A stretch of 64,000 bases of DNA from Macrostomum lignano (lineage: Eukaryota): contig NIVC01001600.1 of assembly GCA_002269645.1 (NCBI GenBank), positions 197,859 through 261,858 of the forward strand. Reading direction: 5' to 3'. The position numbers and the translations under genes were made by a program. The notes beneath the pieces were generated by a model. It was not told where the DNA came from and ran no database searches. It saw nothing but the letters and a program-made list of their open reading frames with translations. This document shows, one piece after another, positions 53,630-64,000 of this stretch. Every line of letters starts with the position of its first letter. The first letter of the stretch is position 1.

Positions 53630-55942
53630 CTAGATGGCGGTGTTCTCCTTCGAGCTGAAGCCGCTGTTCACGTGACTCCGTCGAGCTGTGCCGTCCGATT
53701 GGGCGTCGCTGCTGGGGCCTTCGCCGATGGCAAACTGAACGGCTCCCAGGCCGATGGCTGGCTGCTGTCGATGCTGATGCTGCTGGAGGCTCAACTCGTG
53801 CTGCGCCGGCGACTCCGAGGTTCGACGCTGGAAGACGCCGGGCGACTCGCGAACGTTCGCCGAACTGCCGCCGCTTCCGTCGGCCCCGTCGCCCAGCCGG
53901 TCCAGCCGGTGGCCCTGGGACGCGCCGCGGTGCAGCAGCCGGATGCCCCTGGCCAGCCTGGATTGCATGTCGTGCAGCCTTCGCGTCATGTCCGCGTCCG
54001 AGTTCAACGACTTCGTCAGGCCGGCGTGCACCTGGGCGGAGGCGCGGCGCGCCTGATGATCGATCACGCGGCGAACCTCGCTCGGACCCATCGAGGAAAT
54101 ATTGCCAGTTGATGCGCCAAGCGCAGTCAGGTCAGGGAACGACGGACCGGCTCCGCCGAGGTCCTGCATCGAGGCCACGGAGGCGACACGTCGGGCGAGG
54201 CCGGGAGCCAGGGCGGACAAGTGGTGCGTGGACTTCTTCTGGTCGGTCTCCAGGCTGGCGTAGTGCATCTTCAGAGCTACTTTGCGGTACACATCGACAA
54301 TCTTCTCTGTCTGGGTGCGCGGATCGCGCTGCAGAATCCGGCGGAAGATCCGACTATCGAGTCGGTCGAAGCACTCGCGCATCCGGTAGTCGCCGCGTCT
54401 GCCGCAGATTCCCTCGATGCCGGCATTCAGATGGTCGACGGTGTGCGTCACCACCTCGTGGAAGACGCTGGTCAGAGGACGCTTGCGCAGCCGGATGTGG
54501 AGACACTTGACCAGCGGCTTGATGATCACTCCGACGATAATGCAGGTGAACATGATGATGAACAGAGTTGTGGTCAGGAGCCGTTCGCGCATCAACGGAT
54601 CGCCATCAGCCTTCAACAGGTCCTTATTCTCGACTAGGGTGGCCAATGCAAATGCGACGGCACCTCGGAGGCCGCCGAACGAGATGATGAGCTGCTCAGT
54701 GAGGCTGATGGGCGTCTTCCTGCCGAGCCGGTTCAGAGCGGCGCTGGACACGAAAGTGATGATGAATCGAGCAGCGAGGCAGAGCGCCAGAGACCACAGA
54801 GCGAAGCCCCAGTGCCAGACGTGAGTCTTCTTCACCAGCTCGATGCCCAGGTAGACAAAGATGATGGACTCGCTAACGCTGGCAACCATTTTAGTGAAGT
54901 ACTTAATTGTAATCAGAGACTTTCTCGACACATTGTGAAACGCGTAGGCGGCTTGCACGATGCCGCAGCTGATGATGGCGATGAGGCCGGACCAGCCAAC
55001 CATGTCCGCGATCATGTAGCTCAGGTAAGCCACCGACAGCATGACTAGGGGCTCCACAACCCGCTCGCTGAAGGTAAATCGAGTGATGAAACAGCAGATG
55101 ATGCCGCAGATCACGCCAATAAGCAGACCGCCCAGACTGATGGTGAAGAAGCTGACAATGCCCAACAAGATATCTGAGCCGCTAGCAGTTTCCAGGGGCA
55201 TGAAAGCGTTCATGGTCTTGTAGAGAACCACTGTCACAGCGTCGTTCAGTAGCGACTCGCCGAACACCAGATAGTAGAGACCCTGCTCAACTCCGACGTC
55301 CTGGAAGATGGCCAGCACAGCGACTGGATCGACGGCCACGATGTACGAGCCGAACAGCAGGCAGGTCTTGAGCGACACTCGCAGGGCGCCCATCGCCCCG
55401 GCGGCACTCAGGCCGTACAGAGCGAAGCCGATGATGAAAAATGCGAAAACTGTGCCAACCACGGCGAAGTACAAAATCGAGCCGAGGTTCTCGCCGAAGT
55501 TTCGATCGTAGAGCGAATAGGCAGCTTCGAGCATGATTGGCGGTAGGAGGATGTAGAAGAAGAGGCTGGGCGTTAGGTCCCAGTAGTAGCGCTCGGTATC
55601 CGAGTATACGGTGAAGAACACAATGATCCCGATGCCTACGCCCAAGAAGATGAGCACAATTGACTCGGGCACGAGTTCGGACAGCCAGTGGATGTGGTGG
55701 AACAGCGCCTTCAGAATGGAAACCACCACGATGAACAGGGAGATCACTATGTACACCTTGACGCTGTCCCAGTGCCAGTCAGCCACCTTGATACCGGTAC
55801 TGTGACCGCCTCCGTGGTCGCCGCCAGTGCTACTATTGGCACCGGTACTACCTGTACTGGAACCGCCGCCTCCACCGCTTAACGAGGTCGATGCCGAAAG
55901 CAACAACAAAAGCAACAAAAAGAATTGCTTGTTGACTGCCAT
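53630..55942 (-). CDS. Na+/H+ exchanger (SLC9A/NHE family, plasma-membrane type), single-exon ORF, 770 aa
   Basis: Motifs VPES, FFYILLPPIMLEAAY, AVDPVAVLAIF, LVFGESLLNDAVTVVLY, SFGGLRGAVAFAL; N-terminal signal-like hydrophobic segment. Paralog not assignable. Confidence 0.95.
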   Translation of the reverse strand: MAVNKQFFLLLLLLLSASTSLSGGGGGSSTGSTGANSSTGGDHGGGHSTGIKVADWHWDSVKVYIVISLFIVVVSILKALFHHIHWLSELVPESIVLIFLGVGIGIIVFFTVYSDTERYYWDLTPSLFFYILLPPIMLEAAYSLYDRNFGENLGSILYFAVVGTVFAFFIIGFALYGLSAAGAMGALRVSLKTCLLFGSYIVAVDPVAVLAIFQDVGVEQGLYYLVFGESLLNDAVTVVLYKTMNAFMPLETASGSDILLGIVSFFTISLGGLLIGVICGIICCFITRFTFSERVVEPLVMLSVAYLSYMIADMVGWSGLIAIISCGIVQAAYAFHNVSRKSLITIKYFTKMVASVSESIIFVYLGIELVKKTHVWHWGFALWSLALCLAARFIITFVSSAALNRLGRKTPISLTEQLIISFGGLRGAVAFALATLVENKDLLKADGDPLMRERLLTTTLFIIMFTCIIVGVIIKPLVKCLHIRLRKRPLTSVFHEVVTHTVDHLNAGIEGICGRRGDYRMRECFDRLDSRIFRRILQRDPRTQTEKIVDVYRKVALKMHYASLETDQKKSTHHLSALAPGLARRVASVASMQDLGGAGPSFPDLTALGASTGNISSMGPSEVRRVIDHQARRASAQVHAGLTKSLNSDADMTRRLHDMQSRLARGIRLLHRGASQGHRLDRLGDGADGSGGSSANVRESPGVFQRRTSESPAQHELSLQQHQHRQQPAIGLGAVQFAIGEGPSSDAQSDGTARRSHVNSGFSSKENTAI

Positions 55943-56633
55943 TTAAAGTTTCTTGAATAGTTGAACCAATACAGACAAACTGTTCTTCCAAGGCCGAACT
56001 GCATGCTTTTATAGCGCAATTTCGGCGTGAAAACTGCACCGCAGATAATTGGATCCCCTGGTGCGCTCTGCGCAGGAGAGCTCTGAAACTCCAGTTCGAT
56101 CTGGCATGGCAAACTTTCTGTCTCAAAACTTGGAGTTCCTGCAGACATTTACGAGCTACATGTCTTGCAGTGTCCGCGGTGCCTTTTGTCAAATTAAAAG
56201 TGCAAATCAGTTAGGTAGGCGCTCTAGGACTCTCATGGCTAAGTATTGCTCTAAAATGCAGAAAACATTTAGGCAGAACTACCGCTGTTTTGAAGAATGC
56301 AGTCAATTCCGATTATATATATATATATATTTTTTTAGACTCATTCATCATCATAATTGAGTCAAGGAGGCTAGAATTCTCATCGATACCAATGAGACAA
56401 TAAAACAAAGCCAAGTTCTTTTTTGTTAAGAGTTTTGGGTATTTTGTCTATTTCTTGAAGAAGGTGGACATCTTAAAAGTTGGGCATGCATGCCCTTATT
56501 TTGTAGGTGGGCATTGGGAATCGAAAAGTACAACTCGGATTTGAGTTGGAAAATAGTTAGTAATAATCGTGTTTTTAAGTTTTCATCCAATTTTTCTGTA
56601 ACCAAATGGTATTTCCACCTCTCTCTGAATCAG

Positions 56634-58226
56634 TCACCACGGCATCATCTCTCGGACAGCCTGACGATATTTCTTACACCTGGCCATCAGAATGATCCAA
56701 TTGACAGCCTGACCTGTCATGGCCAGCTGCTTCAGGCTGAAAATAAAGTTGCTCAGCATTCGGGCAGTCCGAATGCCAGCCTGACGGTCTGCCGTATACT
56801 TCGTCACCAACTGCACTGCCCACTCGACGGCTAACAGCGGCAAGTTGAACCCCAGCGTGACACACGACATCGCCATGACAATAGTCGCACTGCTTAGACT
56901 CTGCCGGTCGACGCCAGATTCGGTAGCAGTATTATTCGATAAATGACGCCTTTTAGCGGCTAGTCTAGCAATCCTGATCAATAGAGCCACGTTGCACAAC
57001 AGCACCAACAGCAGAGGGATGGTTGGTGGAGAGATAAACAAAGTGTCGTACGTGAGCGCAAAGTTGTGCTGACTGGGAGCGAAGTAACACACAATGCTGA
57101 AAAAGCCGACGCCGTCAAAAATGGCGTAACGTGTTACCAGGAGAAGTCGAGGAACGGTGAGGCCCAGGGTGACCAGTGTGGCGGCTAGTACTGACCTGTG
57201 TACAGACCGATTGCACAGTGAATAAATATTCTGTACAAAGTGCACGAAGTAGTGTTTGATCGTTAATCTTTAATCGAGTCGCAACCCAAGAAACTGATCG
57301 ATCAAGAAACTCGTTAGCCAATAAAGCATGTCGAAAACAAAGTAAACTAGCAACTCGACAAAAAACAAATCGACAACCAATCAACTCCACAACCAAACAA
57401 ATCGACAACCAAGCAACTCCACAACCAAACAAATCGACAACCAAGCAACTCCACAACCAAACAAATCGACAACCAAGCAACTCCACAACCAAACAGCTCG
57501 ACAACCAAGCAACTTGACAATCAAGAAAACTAGTCAACCAAGCAATTCATCACTAAAGCTATGAACTACTTACTGCATGACAAATTTGCAACCATCAGGT
57601 CATACTTGCACGAGTGTACAAGTAAGACACACTGTCACAAAAGGGTCATTAAATGACAGCTCCGTAACTGCATAGGAGCGCCTCAAGTCTGATAAGCAAG
57701 TAAATTCTGGATCTTACCTGAAAGCAATGCCAGACCCCACCTGTTGAAGCCTCATGGGCATCAGAAAGGCCAGCAGCCTGTCTGTCACCATCACCAACAG
57801 CAGCATAGCGGGCAGTAGCTGACACAGACTGCCAATTATCCAATGAGCTTTACAACCAATTTCTCCGCGATTGCTCAACAGAAAACCCAGCCGACCACCC
57901 GAGATCCAGGGCAGGCCGCGGTTCAAGAAGCCGTGAAGCATGCCCAACAGCGGCACCGTAACGCAGTCGACAAGAGCAACGCAACCGTAGAAAGCATTCT
58001 GTCTGGTCAATGGGCGCCACTTAAACAGGGCCAAGTAGCCAGTCAGGCCGTTGCCAAAGAAACTGAGGCAGGCAAGAAATGGCGAGATAAACGCACAGAA
58101 AATGCCGCTAATTGTGGCGGTGATGCAGCCAGCCCTCAAGGCCTCTAAGCCGCTTCTGCAGTCGACCAGCAGGTACGAAAATGTGTCAAAATTGTAGCTC
58201 AGGCGACCGCTAGACGAATCGTTCAT
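56634..58226 (-). CDS. Orphan class A (rhodopsin-like) GPCR, 2 exons, about 356 aa
   Basis: Exons 58226-57718 and 57195-56634 (phase 2). TM1 FFGNGLT, TM2 VALVD, Cys before TM3, TDRLLAFLMP (DRY variant), TM5 PLLLVLLCN, TM6 GFNLP, TM7 AVNWIILMARCKKYR. Confidence 0.8.
57355..57525. repeat. 32 bp minisatellite in the GPCR intron
   Basis: Unit about CAACCAAGCAACTCCACAACCAAACAAATCGA. Confidence 0.9.
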
Positions 58227-58779
58227 TCTAATTTGCCAGAATCAGAGGTGCCTCTGAAACTAATTGATTTGGTTGTTACACCTGTTCGCAGAAAATGTTC
58301 TTAACAGACTATCCATCCAAACTTACCTTAAAAATCAAAAATCAAACTTGGATTTTGTTCTTACGACTTCAACAATCATTCACCATCGTCGATACCTCGT
58401 CAGTTGAGCAGTTAGGTTAGAAGACAAGATACTCGTCGAAATTTTAGTGGGAGGATTTCCTATTGCATATTTATAGCCAGCTACACTCGTGCCAATTAGA
58501 TTGGAGATCATTAATTATAGCTCGTACGATATCTGCAGTCACTGAGAAGTGCCACGCCCCAGGACTGCGTGAATAGCAAAAGAGGAAATTATAAAATGCT
58601 CAATGGATTCAGTCAATCGTGAAAAAATAATTATCACGTTAAGCTTTGATCTGAAAATAATTGCCTTGAATTCCACTCGCATGCAATGCGCTGTTCAGAT
58701 TCATCAGCAATTAAACTGAGCTCCATACTGGCTCTGGTTTTCAAGATTGCAAATTTCACGAGATTAGAATCCTGAACTC

Positions 58780-60195
58780 GCCTATGATTAGCATCTCACA
58801 CCTGTCTGTAATTAGCATCTCACACCTGTCTGTGATTAGCATCTCACACCTGTCTGTGATTAGCATCTCACACCTGTCTGTGATTAGCATCTCACATCCA
58901 TCTGTGATTAGCATCTCATACCTGTCTGTGATTAGCATCTCACATCCATCTGTGATTAGCATCTCATACCTGTCTGTGATTAGCATCTCACACCCATCTG
59001 TGATTAGCATCTCATACCTGTCTGTGATTAGCATCTCATACCCATCTGTGATTAGCATCTCACACCCATCTGTGATTAGCATCTCATACCTGTCTGTGAT
59101 TAGCATCTCATACCCATCTGTGTATAGCATCTCATACCCATCTGTGATTAGCATCTCACACCCATCTGTGATTAGCATCTCACACCCATCTGTGATTAGC
59201 ATCTCATACCTGTCTGTGATTAGCATCTCATACCCATCTGTGATTAGCATCTCACACCCATCTGTGATTAGCATCTCATACCTGTCTGTGATCAGCATCT
59301 CATACCTGTCTATAATTAGCATCTCATACCTGTCTGTGATTAGCATCTCACACCCATCTGTGATTAGCATCTCATACCTGTCTGTGATTAGCATCTCACA
59401 CCCATCTGTGATTAGCATCTCATACCTGTCTATAATTAGCATCTCATACCTGTCTGTGATTAGCATCTCATACCTGTCTGTGATTAGCATCTCACACCCA
59501 TCTGTGATTAGCATCTCATACCTGTCTGTGATTAGCAACTCACCCATCTGTGATTAGCATCTCATACCTGTCTATAATTAGCATCTCATACCTGTCTGTG
59601 ATTAGCATCTCACACCCATCTGTGATTAGCATCTCATACCTGTCTGTGATTAGCATCTTATACCCATCTGTGATTAGCATCTCATACCTGTCTGTGATTA
59701 GCATCTCACACCCATCTGTGATTAGCATCTCATACCTGTCTATAATTAGCATCTCATACCTGTCTGTGATTAGCATCTCATACCTGTCTGTGATTAGCAA
59801 CTCACCCATCTGTGATTAGCATCTCATACCTGTCTGTGATTAGCATCTCATACCTGTCTGTGATTAGCATCTCACACCCATCTGCGATTAGCATCTCATA
59901 CCTGTCTGTGATTAGCATCTCACACCCATCTGTGATTAGCATCTCATACCTGTCTGTGATTAGCATCTCATACCTGTCTGTGATTAGCATCTCATACCTG
60001 TCTGTGATTAGCATCTCATACCTGTCTGTGATTAGCATCTCATACCTGTCTGTGATTAGCATCTCATACTTGTCTGTGATTAGCATCTCATACCTGTCTG
60101 TGATTAGCATCTCATACCTGTCTGTGATTAGCATCTCATACCTGTCTGTGATTAGCATCTCATACCTGTCTCAGGCCGTCTCCAATTAGCATCTC
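58780..60195. repeat. 24 bp minisatellite GATTAGCATCTCATACCTGTCTGT
   Basis: About 1.4 kb array; explains the MLITDRYE ORFs. Confidence 0.97.
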
Positions 60196-60833
60196 ACACA
60201 CCGATACTGTATAGGTACGATAGTCCCATAATTAAATAAAGTGAATAAATCTAGCAGAGCCAAAAATAAATCAGTTTAAAAGCTTACAAATAATAATAAT
60301 TAATAATAGATTTGCGTCGACCACAGTGGCGGCCCAAACCGACAGCATTTATTATTAAACCATAAACTGCTTCGCACATTTTTTAATCCTTCAAACTTGG
60401 CTTGTCACACAGAGTGAACTCTTTCGCGCAACTAAAGGAGGGGGAAGGCCGGACAGACCTGCGAATGTGGGTCTAAAAAGAGCATATTTATCAGGTCTCT
60501 CAGGGGCGCAGGCAAGCAAACAAAAACACCCACTGGACACGTAGCAAAGTATGTGACAGAACACAGACACCCAATTAAACTTCGGACAACTTCAGGCTGT
60601 TTATTAAAAAATTTCGGATTATCAGCCAGCTTAAAGTTGTACGGTTTACCTAGCGTGACCTTGTTGTAAACAAAAATTTTAATCAACTGAAGCCGAAACA
60701 AACAAACAAACAGAATTTGAAACAATTTTTAAACAAACTGAAGTGATTTTAACCAATATTTGTCTGGGGGGAAAGAAAATAGAGACAAACTTTTGTTAAT
60801 ATTTTTAGCCCAAGCAACGGACCCCCTCTTAGC

Positions 60834-62198
60834 CTAGTCCCATATCGGCTCCTCTTGACTCTTCCGCACGCAACGGGCCACGCGTTTCTTAAAGCTGGCG
60901 GGGTTCTCGCGAAACTCCTTGGCCGCGTCCACATTGGCCGGGCTGTCCGGATTCGGTTCGGACAGCATCGTGATGACGGACATGACAATGGATTCTACAG
61001 AGTGAATTGGTAGCCAGCGCTCCTCTGGTCGCTCGTAGCCCCACTTGTCCTCACCTGGACGGGTAGACGAAGGCGATGAAAGTTGTGTAGCTAAATAGCT
61101 TGTTAAATATTCCCCAGGAGCTAAATCCATTCTAAATCTAATCCATTAAATTTCTGATTTAATTTGAGAAATCAAAAGATGGAGATTTAAAAGGATTCAG
61201 AAACCTCAAATTGAGGATGTAAAGACAAGGAACTCAAAATTAAGGATCTGAAATCATAATTTTTAAATTGGGGAACTAAAATCATAATCCTTCAATTGGG
61301 GATCTGAAATCATAATCCATTAATGGGGGACCCGGGGAATCATAAGCCATAAATTGGGGATCTGAGGAATCATAATCCATAAATTGAGGGTCTGAGGAAC
61401 TATAATCCATAAATTGGGTATCTGAGGAATCATAATCCATAAATTGAGAATCTGAGGAATCATAATCCATAAATTGAGGAATTGAGGAATCATAATCCAT
61501 AAATTGAGGAGTTGAGGAATCATAATCCATAAATTGGGGATCTGAGGAACCATAATCCATAAATTGGGGGTATGAGGAATCATAATATATAAACTGGGGG
61601 TATGAGGAATCATAATCCATAAATTGGGGATCTGAGGAATCATAATCCATAAATTGGGGATCTGAGGAACCATAATCCATAAATTGGGGATCTGAGGAAT
61701 CATAATCCATAAATTGGGGATCTGAGGAACCATAATCCATAAATTGGGGATCTGAGGAACCATAATCCATAAATTGGGGATCTGAGGAATCATAATCCAT
61801 AAATTGGGGGTATGAGGAATTATAACCCATAAATTGGGGATCTGAGAAATCATAATCCATAAATTGGGGGTATGAGGAATTATAATCCATAAATTGGGAT
61901 CTGAGAAATCAATCAAAAAATCTCACTTAACTCAACCAAACAAAAGACTCACCAGGCTCGTGCAGAATGGAGATGCACACGGAGCCATCAGACTCAACAT
62001 TGGGATGCCAGATCTCGGTGAGGAATTTCATTTTAGGCGGCCTATTCGGATAGTCCTTGGGGAAGCGCAGCTCAGCAACAAACAGGCCACCCTCATAAAG
62101 AGTGCCAGACGGCCCAAAGATGGTCACGCGCCAGATGTAGGGGTCATTGTCATCTAGTAGGCCAGCTGAGAAACAATCAGAGCCTTGCTTGCGGAGAT
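60834..62198 (-). CDS. UBE2G1: Ubiquitin-conjugating enzyme E2 G1-like (partial; first exon not located)
   Basis: Exons 62198-61953 (FSAGLLDDND...PKDYPNRPPKMKFLTEIWHPNV..DGSVCISILHEP) and 61054-60834 (GEDKWGYERPEERWLPIHSVESI...DSPANVDAAKEFRE), both phase 1. Confidence 0.93.
61235..61910. repeat. 30 bp minisatellite GAGGAATCATAATCCATAAATTGGGGATCT in the UBE2G1 intron
   Basis: Tandem array; explains the MDYDSSDPQF ORF. Confidence 0.96.
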
Positions 62199-64000
62199 CT
62201 ATTAGTTAGGAAAAAACAAAAAAGAATAATAAGTAATTGAGACTACTCAAATCAGTAGTAGATATTATATTTTATTATAATTTATATTATCTAAATAACC
62301 ATTTCTTAGAATTTTATGTGCTTGACTGAGAGTTTAAAAGGGATAATGTTTTTTTATAAAGAAATCACTGCTTAGATAGAGAGCTTATCTAGGAAATAAG
62401 TTCATTAGGTTTACATTTTGGATTACAATCACAATATACTAATAAGGCAAGATTTATCATGTTTTAGCCAATTGTGAAAGTGGTTATAGTTTCATTAAAT
62501 TAGTGCAAAAAAGAATATGTTTGTTATAATATGAAAAATATTTTCTGTCTATAAAATTTGTTAAAATATACACAAACTTGCTAAGTATAAATAGAACTAG
62601 AATTCAGTCTTAGACCTATAAGTATTACTTATAAATTTGCAATAAAAGAGATTGAAAAAATTCACTAATAGAAGGATTGGGAGAAATATTTGATTGCAAA
62701 GCCATAATAAGAGTAAAGCTGTGACTTTCCAAATCCCAATAATGCCAAGATTGAAAATAATACATGTAACCAGTAAGACCACTCAGGCCTAACAGAACTA
62801 TACTAATAACTACCAGATTTATATAGGGCAAAGTAGGGTTTAATGATCCAGTACACTTTGTGATAGGACAAAAAGCACTGTTAAAAATTGGTGCCGACTA
62901 TTTGGAATTGAAGTACAAGCCCTGGGACACAGTTAAGCATAAGTTAAGTGATAATAAGCTAAAAACTATGCTATAATAGTGTTGTCCAAGTTAATAAATA
63001 AAAAATAATATTAAAATAGAATAAATTATTTAGCTCATATTAGAGCATATGAATAATGAATGATCTGCTAGTACTAGTACTAGTACTAAACCATGACTTG
63101 AACTTTGATTTGATTTTTAATTTTAAATCAATAAAATTACATTTATTAAGCTGGATACCATTTCAGTTCAATTCTTTATTTTTGACACCTAATACTTAAT
63201 TTATCATTGCTTATATTTATATAAAACCTCCAGTACCTTGTCCTAAATATCATAAAATGGCATGGTTTAACTCATTGGTTTATGAACCTATAAGCTTGTA
63301 TTTTATTATTGTTACATAATTTTTGTTACATAATTGTTACATAAGTTAGCTAAAATGATGACAGCAATTTATAAAATGAGCAAGACAATATACATGCACA
63401 ACCTCTAAAATTATGTTAGCCATGCAACTTAGTTTTGACCAAAAATGTGACTTAGTTTTGCAACTTAGTTGCTCTTGTTGCAACTTAATTTGCTTCTGTT
63501 GCAACTTGCTTTTCTTCTGCTTGACCATTTTTAATTCTTTGTACTACTTTTCTGTCTTTCCTCTTGCCTTTTCTTTCTTTCTTGGTTCTTAGCTTTTTTG
63601 TTTTTGGTCAATTCAATTTTGCAACTTGTTTTATCAAGGTATATCTGCACTGCTTAGCCATCTTAGGCTTTTAGTCAGTGCACCTGTCACCACTTTTCCC
63701 CCTTTGGTTGTTTATGCAGTTGTGTATATGCCACCCAACCCATTGCCTGTCTGGGCCAGCCAGCTTTGGCTAGCTGCACCCCTTGCTTGTCCCGCAATTG
63801 GCTAGTGGCCCAGCCAATCAATTAGGTTGCTATTTTTCTCCAATCATAACCCTATTGCATTCTATAAGTTGTGAATTTATAATTTTGGCTAGCTGGGTCT
63901 AGGGTAGCAATACCCTTGGGGCCTAACTAGCTAGTGCAAATATATGTATATATATATATAATATATATATGTTGGCACATGTGGGGGTATGGGAGACAAC

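Noticed and set aside
58756-61916. MLITDRYE and MDYDSSDPQF repeat ORFs
   Set aside because: Translations of the 24 bp and 30 bp tandem arrays.
62200-64000. First exon of UBE2G1
   Set aside because: No convincing ATG exon with a phase-1 donor found; probably outside the window.

Overview
Eukaryotic, intron-containing, very repeat-rich DNA. The composition (GC-rich poly-Q/poly-A exons, minisatellite-filled introns) suggests a Macrostomum-type flatworm or similar invertebrate assembly; this is inference. The main feature is an intact-ended 11.2 kb Ty3/gypsy LTR retrotransposon (1805-13007; 1188 bp LTRs with no difference seen by eye; 4 bp TSD GCTA) with an unusual coding plan. Gag (CCHC) is followed by a -1 frameshift signal (U UUA AAC plus a pseudoknot-like stem), then a cold-shock domain (split by the ORF track, whose Pol call starts mid-domain), a coiled coil, and PR-RT-RH-IN. 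After pol comes a non-env third ORF with an EEGEI motif and an Arg-rich stretch, then a duplicated polypurine tract. Host genes reconstructed from splice sites: a secreted PAN + ALK/LTK-like glycine-rich protein, a 10-exon secreted micro-exon gene, SFXN5, CEP78, OSTF1, an intronless Na+/H+ exchanger, an orphan class A GPCR and a partial UBE2G1. Other elements: an F-type lectin pseudogene inside a duplicated promoter/3'-end cassette, a 5.3 kb non-autonomous Helitron carrying satellite arrays, a CORE-like tRNA SINE, a foldback element, a decayed gypsy fragment and many tandem repeats. No rRNA, tRNA or CRISPR array was found.
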